Positions 56,139 to 64,000 of a stretch of DNA of 64,000 bases are shown here, piece after piece. A model generated the notes under the pieces. It did no database searches. It worked only from the letters and a program-made list of their open reading frames with translations, and was not told the origin of the DNA. Origin of the DNA: Dehalococcoidia bacterium (GTDB lineage Bacteria; Chloroflexota; Dehalococcoidia; SM23-28-2); the NCBI GenBank assembly GCA_020356025.1, contig CP070630.1, positions 2,040,443-2,104,442 on the forward strand. Direction: 5' to 3'. Each line of letters begins with the position of its first letter. The stretch's first letter is position 1. The translations under genes were made by a program, and so were the position numbers.

Positions 56139-59100
56139 TCAGCGGATAAGATTAAACGTCCAGGTGGCTCCTTCCTCCTTGGTCACTAGCGCAAGTACAG
56201 ACGTTAGGTGAGCCAGATCGCTAATGGTGGTGATGTCAGGGCGGCCAAGGGCGTAGCGGTGCCACAACTGGTCGCTGCCCAGAGCGTAAAGGATGTTGAG
56301 TTCGGTGCTTATGGTAGCGGAGGCCTCGTCTACTGGCTCGGTCAAGCCCACGTAGCACACGCTATTCCAGCCCATCACTAGATCGGCGCTGGTGGGGGAC
56401 ATGGCGGATACATCCTGAACCCAGGAGGCGTCGCCGGCCATGAGAACGAAAAAAGACTCGAATGGGTTGACCGTGGTGATCGTGCTGACTTCGGGCCTGT
56501 CGGCGAACCAGCGGTCGTAGCCGCCGTCGTCCCGGAGGCGGTAGACGGCCAGCACTTGGCTCACGATGGGCTCCAAAGCCGCGTCGATACCCTGCTGTGA
56601 TCCGGCGTAGCAGGCATGGTTCCAGCCAGCCGCCAGACTCAGGGCACCTACGACATCGACGATATCGTGACCACGGAAGGGCGTGCCGTCCTGAAGGCTC
56701 CCGACGATTGTCGCCGTCACCAGGTTGGGAGAGGTGGGCAGGGCGGAGATGAAGCTCGGCCCGTCGAAGGTCAGCTCTAGGTCGGCAAGTCCGTCTTCGT
56801 CGAAGTCGCCAACGGTGGCCTGGGTCGGCGATAGGGTTGCCTCTCCCACCAGAAGGTCGAGGCTATCGGTATCTACCTCATTGACATCGTGCCCGAAGGG
56901 CAGCTCGGTATAGGCGGTGACCGTTGACGGCGGCTCGGGACTGGCCAGGTTGAGCGCATCGGGCTTCACATCTACAAGTGTGGTAATGCCTACGAAGATG
57001 CGAACGCTGGCCGAGCCCTGCTGCCCGTCGGAGTCAGTGACCTTCAGGGTGATGGTGTGCCACCCAGGCGATAGATCGGCTACCAGTCCCGCCGGGCCGT
57101 CAGCGATTTGGCCGTCCCGATCCGAAGACCAAATGTAGGCTTCCGACGGCAGGCCTCCGTCCTCCTTGTCTGCCGCTGACCCCATCAGCGTCACCGCGTC
57201 CCCTATCTGATACTCAGAGTTATCTTCAGGCGAGAAGATGGTGGGCACGGGTGGCTTGGTGGCGACTTGGAAGTGGCCGCTGTCGCCCGTGCTTGAGTTG
57301 CCGGTGTTGTCGGTGGCGATGACCCGGTAGAAGGCATCGTTGCCGCCGGGCAGGTCATCTACGTTGGCCTGATAGGTGGTCTCGGAGATGTTGGCCACGA
57401 TGGGGAAGAAATTGGCGCCGCCATCCCAGCTGTAGAGAAGGGTGAAGAGAAGAGGATCGCCGTCGGGGTCCTCGGCCTGCCACTGCACGGTCTGGTTGCC
57501 GCTGAGGAGGCCGCCATCGGCAGGCGCGGTGACCTCGACGGTGGGCGCGTTGGCGCTAACGTCCACCGAGTCCAAGACCTCCGTGCCGTGACGCAGGACG
57601 ATGCGGTCGGTTCCCTCCACCCAGGCCAGAACGACGCTGAAGGGGGATGGCTCGGGCATAGTCGGCACCTCGAGCAATTCGAAGTTCACGTCGAAGCAGT
57701 GGCTGCCGACAACAGTTCCTTCGTCCTCCAGTTCGACGCAGTACTCCCCTTCGCCAATCGGATCAGGAGTACCGTCCATTACGCGGTACAAGGTGGAGAT
57801 GTTTCCCGTAGCGTCGGGATTGACTACCCCGGCTACGAAGACCGACTCTACGCCATTCACAGCGACAGTGATGCTCTCAGCCGAACCCCCGGCGATGGAG
57901 CCGATAGCGACAGCATTGCCCTGCCAGCAGGACTTGGCAGTAGCGCTGTTGGGCGAAAGAGCGCAGAACAGCTGCTGGTAGGTATAGGGACTGACCCAAC
58001 GCACGTCGTTGGCGTTGGTCTGCACGGTGAAGCCGCAGTGGCCACCCTGCATCATCTCCGTCTGAGTTGAAGGATGAGCGACAGCCGATGGGAGAGGAAT
58101 CGGGAAAATCCCCGCCACCAGTATGGTAAGGTCTGTCTCTATGCCCGTCTCCTGGATATCATAGTCAAGGCCGACCGCACCAGCGCCGGTGTAAGGCCAG
58201 TCCGGGTCGTCCGCGAAGCCTCCGGTGCAGGGGTGGCGACGGCCTAGGTTGTGGCCGATCTCGTGGGTCATGACCATCGACCGGTTGCCGGCAACGGTCC
58301 AGCCCACGTCCACGATACTCGCTATTCCCTTCCCTCCGTTCCAGATCGGGTTGGAGACGCCGTTGTTGAAGCCGGTGGCGCCAGGCACGAACACCACAAC
58401 CTGGTCAGGGGGGCTAACATACCCGAAAGTGTAGAGGAGATTGGCTTCCGCTATGACATCCGGCCAGCTGAAGCTCTTTTTCCAGTCAAACAATGATCCT
58501 ATTTCATAGACAACGGGGTCCCAGTGGGACACAGGAAAAGTCCTCACCAGCCAGAATACTTGGTTCTTCACGTCGGCGGTGGAGACTGAGCCGCCACCGC
58601 CGCCGGGGGGATCGTAGTTCATTCTCGCGGCATAGATATGGGGTGACTCGCGCTCGTACACCTTAAGGTCAAGGGTGCCGCTGGCCGGGGCGACGTTATT
58701 GGTGTCATCTTGCTCAACAAGGGTGTCATCGGGGTTCACCTCGGCCTGGAAGCTGAGCACATCGTCGGCCGCGCATTCCTTGCAGAGAAGCACGAAGTTG
58801 GCGCTGCTGTTGATGTTGTCCCTTATGAGGGCTTGCGTGGCCGTGGTCGTGCCGTTCATGGTCAGCCACGAAGTGCCATTGCGGGAAACCTTGAGGCGGA
58901 CGGGCACGTTCTGGATGGCGGCCGACGTGCCGGAGGCCACATAGACGCGCACCCAGGTGAACCTGCCCGCCACCAGCGGGAGTTGGTTGTCGGCGCAGGC
59001 GGTGTCGCCGGTTGTGTTGTCCAGGCACTGCTGGGCTTGAGTGACCTCTATGGCAGCAATGGTGTAGTCAGGGGTTGGCGCGATGGACTCGGTCGGAGGC

Positions 59101-59696
59101 GGAGCGAACATAGGGTTCGCTGCTTTGGGGAAGCCGGGCCCGACAATGGCTATCTTGGGCGTGGGCGTTGGCGTTGGCGCCGGCACGGGGGTGGGGGTAG
59201 GGGTAGGGGTAAGCGTCGGCTCTGGGACGCCGAAAGCGGCTGTCTTGTAGTACCAGGTCTCGTCCAGGGAGTACCACCAGCAGACGGTCACCGTATGGTC
59301 ACCGGGCTCGGCATGCTCCGGCACCATGGCGTCTATGCGTCCCGCGCTCTCGTACTCGGGCACGGCACCACTGCCGATGAGCGTGCCTCCCGAGGCGGGG
59401 TCCCAGTCCCAGAGTGCCTCCGCTGGCTGGTCATCGTAGTCGTTCGGCTCGATACTGGACAGCTCGACTTGAAGCGATGAGCCGGGAGGGCCTACCTCCG
59501 GGATGAGGGTGACGACGGCTTCCGGCAACGGTTGCAGGAAGCCGTAGGCGCCGCATTGCACCTCTCCTAGAGCTTGAGCTGGTGGGTCGGCCAGGCGTTG
59601 AGGGATGGAGGTCAAGGCGAGAGCCAAGACAAGGGCCATGCCTGTCATTGCCAAGATGGCAAGAGCGTGACGGGAACCGAGTCTCCACACTTTCAT
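56139..59696 (-). CDS. Large secreted multidomain zinc metalloprotease (metzincin-type)
   Basis: Signal peptide, TP linker, HEIGHNLGRRH, Ig-like domains, GDFDEDG Ca motif, tandem C-terminal repeat. Confidence 0.8.
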   Translation of the reverse strand: MKVWRLGSRHALAILAMTGMALVLALALTSIPQRLADPPAQALGEVQCGAYGFLQPLPEAVVTLIPEVGPPGSSLQVELSSIEPNDYDDQPAEALWDWDPASGGTLIGSGAVPEYESAGRIDAMVPEHAEPGDHTVTVCWWYSLDETWYYKTAAFGVPEPTLTPTPTPTPVPAPTPTPTPKIAIVGPGFPKAANPMFAPPPTESIAPTPDYTIAAIEVTQAQQCLDNTTGDTACADNQLPLVAGRFTWVRVYVASGTSAAIQNVPVRLKVSRNGTSWLTMNGTTTATQALIRDNINSSANFVLLCKECAADDVLSFQAEVNPDDTLVEQDDTNNVAPASGTLDLKVYERESPHIYAARMNYDPPGGGGGSVSTADVKNQVFWLVRTFPVSHWDPVVYEIGSLFDWKKSFSWPDVIAEANLLYTFGYVSPPDQVVVFVPGATGFNNGVSNPIWNGGKGIASIVDVGWTVAGNRSMVMTHEIGHNLGRRHPCTGGFADDPDWPYTGAGAVGLDYDIQETGIETDLTILVAGIFPIPLPSAVAHPSTQTEMMQGGHCGFTVQTNANDVRWVSPYTYQQLFCALSPNSATAKSCWQGNAVAIGSIAGGSAESITVAVNGVESVFVAGVVNPDATGNISTLYRVMDGTPDPIGEGEYCVELEDEGTVVGSHCFDVNFELLEVPTMPEPSPFSVVLAWVEGTDRIVLRHGTEVLDSVDVSANAPTVEVTAPADGGLLSGNQTVQWQAEDPDGDPLLFTLLYSWDGGANFFPIVANISETTYQANVDDLPGGNDAFYRVIATDNTGNSSTGDSGHFQVATKPPVPTIFSPEDNSEYQIGDAVTLMGSAADKEDGGLPSEAYIWSSDRDGQIADGPAGLVADLSPGWHTITLKVTDSDGQQGSASVRIFVGITTLVDVKPDALNLASPEPPSTVTAYTELPFGHDVNEVDTDSLDLLVGEATLSPTQATVGDFDEDGLADLELTFDGPSFISALPTSPNLVTATIVGSLQDGTPFRGHDIVDVVGALSLAAGWNHACYAGSQQGIDAALEPIVSQVLAVYRLRDDGGYDRWFADRPEVSTITTVNPFESFFVLMAGDASWVQDVSAMSPTSADLVMGWNSVCYVGLTEPVDEASATISTELNILYALGSDQLWHRYALGRPDITTISDLAHLTSVLALVTKEEGATWTFNLIR

Positions 59697-60256
59697 AGCT
59701 GAACCTCCACCGCTGTTCTCCCCGACGTGCCAATGGCCGGCGACTTGGATAAGGGAGACACGCTTCGTGGGACTTCGCCTTTCTTCAGATCGGGTCGAAT
59801 CATGCCAGGAAGTCTAGCAGGCGTCAAGGCGCACCGGTAGCTCCCTCCTACGAGCACCCACAAGGGTTGGAGGGAACAAGCTGGGGATGTGCCAAAAGGC
59901 ATGACTGCTAGCGGTCTAAGGCGAATGCTCTGGACGTCAGTCCTCGGCGAGGGGATAAGGGGATAAGAACATAAGCTCTGGCGACCCCGAGGGGATTCAG
60001 AGTCCACACGTAACAGCGATAGCAGAGGTGATTGCCGCCGGAGCAGCGCTGGTGAGGGCGTGATGAATGAGCACGCGCTAAGCACCCTGTAGATACGCTA
60101 GGTCCAAATGAGTGATAGGTCATCGTACCTAGTCTGCTATTGACACCATTGATCTGGACACAGCCGGGATGTGAGAATGACACGGTGGGGAAAAGGGGCT
60201 TAGTCACCAACATCTAGACCCTAATCAGTAGACATCTCTAGGAGTCGAGATTCGAT

Positions 60257-60427
60257 ATGGAAAACGTCATCTTCATAATTCTCGGCCCGGCGTTGATTGC
60301 GGGCGGCATCGTTGCGTATCGCGGGAGCGGGTGGGTTTACGTGCGGGCACTCGGTGCTGCCGCCACTACGGCGGGAGTTGTCATGTTCCTCATAGGTCTA
60401 GTCAACGCTTTATCAGGCACGGCCTAG
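60257..60427 (+). CDS. 56-aa two-TM membrane protein (below the ORF-track cut-off)
   Basis: MENVIFIILGPALIAGGIVAYRGSGWVYVRALGAAATTAGVVMFLIGLVNALSGTA*; AGGAG upstream. Confidence 0.5.
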   Translation: MENVIFIILGPALIAGGIVAYRGSGWVYVRALGAAATTAGVVMFLIGLVNALSGTA

Positions 60428-60729
60428 GCCCTCAAACGCATACGCGTGAGGCTGCAGACTGCATCTAAGGCCCCCAGCCCAATAGCCACTACACCCTTTA
60501 TCACCCCGTTCCCTACACGCATTGTCTGACAACCAGACGATATTACCGCCTATGCCCTAAGCCCTTGATTGCTCATTGCAGGCCGCCAACGGGAGCGTGT
60601 AAAACCCCCATATGCATCCGTAGGGGTGATGGTGCTGTTCTGTGCTACCCCCCTTTTGCTCGCCAGGCAGCGGTCACGTCACCGAGGCCAGAGGATGACG
60701 AACCGCGCGATGGCCTTGACCAGCGGGCT

Positions 60730-60767
60730 CTACGGCGCGATGGTCATGCTGCAGCTCACGGGGGCCG
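60730..60767 (-). repeat. Duplicated 3' end of the edge ORF (remnant)
   Basis: 33/38 identical to 63519-63556; reads APVSCSMTIAP* versus APVSCSMAIVP*. Confidence 0.75.
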
Positions 60768-60907
60768 ACTGGCAACGGGGTGAGCGGTAGCTGTTGCCCG
60801 TTGTCGCCTGGCCGCGACCAATATTCACCCCCTTCTAACCTTCGTGCTCCTGGTTTTCACTGATCCCTAGGCTTCTTCCGGCGATAATGTCCCCAAAGGA
60901 GGCGAGA

Positions 60908-61363
60908 GTGCGGCTACGCAAGAAGAACGAGCCGAGCGATCAGCCCGAGGATGAGGACCTCACGGATGAGCTGCTGGAATGGGCTAGGGCCAGAGGAGTG
61001 GTTGTCCCCGAGACCATGCCAGACACGATGGAACCTTCCCAAGGGACGAAGTCTGAGCCGGAACTCCATCCGTCCGGCTGGGAGAGCGTGCCCAGCGGGG
61101 TTGAGACCGCTGCGCCGATCAAGCCCCAACAGCAGCCTAAGATCTTGGTAGTAACTCTTGACGAGAGCGCTACAGACCGGGCCCAGGCCTACTTGTTCGA
61201 TGACACCCAAGGGGCGAGTCAGTTCATCGAAACCCTCGTGAAGACCGGCCTCAATCCGGACCGCATCATCGCCATCTGGGCCACGCCGATGTACTTCAAC
61301 GTGACCTGCGGCCTCGTGGTCACCACCGGCGAACCCGAGCTGCAGCCGACGGTATCTAGTTAG
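60908..61363 (+). CDS. Hypothetical protein
   Basis: Open frame 60887-61363; GGAGG RBS before GTG 60908; acidic N-terminus and an ordered-looking C-terminal domain. Confidence 0.6.
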   Translation: MRLRKKNEPSDQPEDEDLTDELLEWARARGVVVPETMPDTMEPSQGTKSEPELHPSGWESVPSGVETAAPIKPQQQPKILVVTLDESATDRAQAYLFDDTQGASQFIETLVKTGLNPDRIIAIWATPMYFNVTCGLVVTTGEPELQPTVSS

Positions 61364-61382
61364 CAACCCCAGCCAGGGGCTG

Positions 61383-63374
61383 TCACTGCGATCGGTATAT
61401 CACTCCAACTCCGCCCAAGTGGACCTCGCTGCCGTCGTAAAGGGGGCGACGCTGTCCCTTCCGTAGGGTGTAGTCGTCCACTACGATATCAGTCGCCGAA
61501 ACCGCCTCCAGGAGGCACTCCCCGTTCCTGCGCGGAATGATGCGGGCCGATCGCCCGGCAAGGCCCAGATCCATGTCGTCATGCGGGCCCCCCAAGGTTA
61601 GTGGCCGCCGCCACCAAGTGCGACAGTGCCGCCCTTCGAGATCGTAGGCTCGTCCCTCTGGCACCGACGTCAAGTAACCGCGCAGAGTGGGGCGTCCGAA
61701 GTGGGCATAACCTGCCCAGGACACGGTCAACGCGGCCAGGAGCGCGGGACCCAGGATCAAAACCAGCGTGGGGCCCCCACCGCCGTTCCCGCCGGCCGTC
61801 GGGACCGCGACGGGCACCGGAGTGGGCGGTGGCCCCGCAGAGGGCGAAGGTGCGTCGACCTGCGCCGCCGATAACGACGTCTCAAAGCTGCGACGGGCTA
61901 CCACTCCTTCCTCCGTCTCTGCCACCAAGGCGATGCTGTACCTCCCCTCTACTCCGCTCACCGCAACCGTCCCGACGTACTCCCCCGATCCCACCGGTTG
62001 AAGGGCCCCTTCATTGGACCGCCCATCCGGCTCGGTGACTGTAACAGCCACCGTAGCATCCTCCACCGGCCTCTCCTCCTCCGTCTGGGGGTCGCGAGCG
62101 GTGAGCCGGACGGCAACTTCCAGCGGTGCACCAGACCCTAGATTCAGCAAGGGCGGCGGGCGCAGCCAGACCACCTCCAGCAGCGTCCGCGGCGTCGACG
62201 AGATAGTCAGGCAGGACTCGCCTTCAGTCGGTCCCGCTATCGTCACCGTCCAAGTTCCCCTCGGTGGCTCCTCAATGCTGAAGGCGTCGTAGCGAGCGTC
62301 GGTTCCCGCGGGGGCAACCGGCTCACCACCGGGGTCAGCCACCATCACCGCCGGCCGTAGGTCACTGGGGTAGGTCACGAACAGTGAGAGCGTGGAAACG
62401 AACGAGTGGACGGGAAAGGTCACAGATCTCTCCTCGCCGGGAGCCAGGCAATCGCTGAACAGGACTTCGAACACGTCCAGCTTCTTAGCGGCGAAAATCT
62501 CCTGGAACACCAGCGTCAGTTCGCTGGCCTCTGGCGCCTCGCGGTACAGCCCGCCACCGTTCTCTGCCAGCTTCTGCAGAAACTCCGACTCCACGGCGCT
62601 GGCCAGGGAAACCGGAAAGAGGCCCCACTTCCTCTCTCCGAAGCTGGCCGCCAGGGCAAGCACCGCGTTCCGCTCTGCTTCCTGCTTCTGGGCCGAAAAG
62701 TTGGGCCAGTCAGGCGGGTGGAGCTCCCCATCCGTCAGGAATATGGCGAAGCGGATGGAGTTGGAGCCCTTCTCTAGCTCCTCCAGCCCCGTCTCCAGAC
62801 CGGTCCGCATGTTTGTGTTGCCCGCTGGGGCCAGTGGCCTCAGCCGCACCTTTATGGACTCCTTAGTCGTCACGTCCGTCACCCTCGTCAGCGGCACCAG
62901 CACGATACTGTCGTCGGCGAACAGAACCACGCTCATCTCGTCCCCGTCCTCCAGTAGGTCCACCAGCTGGCTGGCCGCCGCAAAGCGCAGGCTGGCGGGG
63001 TCGGTCTGGGCCATGCTCCCTGAATTGTCGATCACGAGAACGACGGCGTTGTGCGGCGGCCCTTGGGCGCCCGCCGGCAGGATGGATAACGAAGCAAGAG
63101 CGATTAACGCAGGAAGGGAGAGGGAGAGCGCACGAAACATCAGCCGTAGCGCCTTGATCGCCCTAGGGTTAGATCTTGCGGGTCCCGGTGGCGTTGTCCT
63201 CTCTCTCAAACGGATGTTGCCCACTTGTCCACCTGGGCGTAGTTGTGCATAGTGCGCTCTTGGGCCTCGGGAAGACCTTGCTCTATCGCTCGGGTAAGGG
63301 CTAGCAGTCCTGGAACAAGCACCACTGCCAGCAGTAACAGAACGAGCTTGGCTATCATGCTGCGCATGATTCAC
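61383..63374 (-). CDS. vWA-domain membrane protein with a C-terminal FHA-like domain
   Basis: MIDAS DNSGS, T, LTDG; signal-like segment from Met 63140 (alternative start); Pro linker, TM helix, FHA-like tail. Confidence 0.75.
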   Translation of the reverse strand: MNHAQHDSQARSVTAGSGACSRTASPYPSDRARSSRGPRAHYAQLRPGGQVGNIRLRERTTPPGPARSNPRAIKALRLMFRALSLSLPALIALASLSILPAGAQGPPHNAVVLVIDNSGSMAQTDPASLRFAAASQLVDLLEDGDEMSVVLFADDSIVLVPLTRVTDVTTKESIKVRLRPLAPAGNTNMRTGLETGLEELEKGSNSIRFAIFLTDGELHPPDWPNFSAQKQEAERNAVLALAASFGERKWGLFPVSLASAVESEFLQKLAENGGGLYREAPEASELTLVFQEIFAAKKLDVFEVLFSDCLAPGEERSVTFPVHSFVSTLSLFVTYPSDLRPAVMVADPGGEPVAPAGTDARYDAFSIEEPPRGTWTVTIAGPTEGESCLTISSTPRTLLEVVWLRPPPLLNLGSGAPLEVAVRLTARDPQTEEERPVEDATVAVTVTEPDGRSNEGALQPVGSGEYVGTVAVSGVEGRYSIALVAETEEGVVARRSFETSLSAAQVDAPSPSAGPPPTPVPVAVPTAGGNGGGGPTLVLILGPALLAALTVSWAGYAHFGRPTLRGYLTSVPEGRAYDLEGRHCRTWWRRPLTLGGPHDDMDLGLAGRSARIIPRRNGECLLEAVSATDIVVDDYTLRKGQRRPLYDGSEVHLGGVGVIYRSQ

Positions 63375-63518
63375 CCCTCGAGTTAGACGAAATTGCCGGC
63401 GCGATGTTACTCGCAGCCGCGAGGGCTGGCAAAGAGGAGGCTAGCGTCAACGGTCCCTACCCCACTCACCGCCTCCTGGCATACCACGCGCCTGCGGTGA
63501 GGGCGACCAGGGCTGCCG

Positions 63519-64000
63519 CTAGGGGACGATGGCCATGCTGCAGCTCACGGGCGCCGTGACCAGGATGAGGAAGGCGTCGTACCCGTCCAGCGGCCCCATG
63601 TTGGAGATCTCTGGCCGGTCGGGGAAGTAGCGCTCCCAGCCCCCACCTACCAGCCGATAGGCAGCAGCGTAGCTGCCCTCCGCGCAGTCGAACACGTCCT
63701 CAGGCGGCATGCCGTCGGCACCTGTCCACCCCTCGTTCTGCCAGCCCACGCTCCAGTCCAGCGTGCGTTCGGTGCCCGCCGCATCGGCCACCTCCATCTG
63801 GCAGGTGACCTCCTCGGTGTTAAGGATGAGGAAGGCTTCATACTGTTCCAGGTCTGCCATGTTGGAGAGGTCTGGCCGGTCCGGGAAGTGGCGCTCCCAG
63901 CCTCCGCCCACCAAGCGATAGGCGGCGGCGTAGCTGCCGTCGGCGCAAGCGAACGCCTCCTCAGGGGTGGAGGCGCCGCTCCAGGTCTCGTTGTGCCAGC
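63519..64000 (-). CDS. C-terminal part of a probable surface protein with two ~70-aa repeats (5' end beyond the window)
   Basis: Frame is open to the edge; two YAAAYRLVGGGWERxFPDRP units with a 261-bp period. Confidence 0.75.
   Translation of the reverse strand, partial: WHNETWSGASTPEEAFACADGSYAAAYRLVGGGWERHFPDRPDLSNMADLEQYEAFLILNTEEVTCQMEVADAAGTERTLDWSVGWQNEGWTGADGMPPEDVFDCAEGSYAAAYRLVGGGWERYFPDRPEISNMGPLDGYDAFLILVTAPVSCSMAIVP

Noticed and set aside
59700-60250. Long intergenic region checked for known riboswitches, tmRNA, RNase P, SRP and 6S
   Set aside because: No diagnostic motif recognised by eye; an Infernal/Rfam scan is needed to exclude these properly
60569-60790. 73-aa plus-strand ORF
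   Set aside because: TTG start without RBS; its 3' part is the antisense of the duplicated gene end
63598-63941. Direct repeats that could suggest CRISPR or a DGR template/variable pair
   Set aside because: Only two in-frame coding units, differences are mostly synonymous and not adenine-specific, no spacers, no cas or reverse transcriptase gene

Overview
GC-rich bacterial chromosomal segment; gene content and protein style suggest Chloroflexota, probably Dehalococcoidia-like (inference, not tested). The left ~46.6 kb is mostly core or metabolic. It holds a Ugp-like ABC importer operon with galK and a GH36 alpha-galactosidase, dut, an APH-AAA kinase fusion, a NUDIX/eIF2B-like pair, modE-tupABC tungstate uptake with a ModE-like operator, an MFS exporter, a MidA-type methyltransferase and a radical SAM gene. 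It continues with a pseudo-HMG-CoA-synthase-DUF35 fusion plus thiolase, sufCBD-Rieske-sufSU, iscS, nuoB-nuoI-NuoG/FdhA-like, rsgA, DegV and others. A 3' fragment of tRNA-Gly(TCC) at 46646-46702 marks a probable att boundary. To its right is accessory DNA: PQQ-type sugar dehydrogenase, DUF4397 protein, a hybrid PAS-kinase-receiver-wHTH regulator, multicopper oxidase, a large metzincin protease and a vWA protein. Best unexplained signals: (1) a self-contained lipase cassette between 57-bp direct repeats that duplicate the shared stop junction of two convergent genes, plus a second gene-end duplication at 60730/63519; (2) a tandem ~70-aa C-terminal domain shared by the secreted protease and a second, edge-truncated protein; (3) two matching four-box OmpR-type promoters on either side of the hybrid regulator. 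No CRISPR array, rRNA, transposase or intact integrase was recognised.
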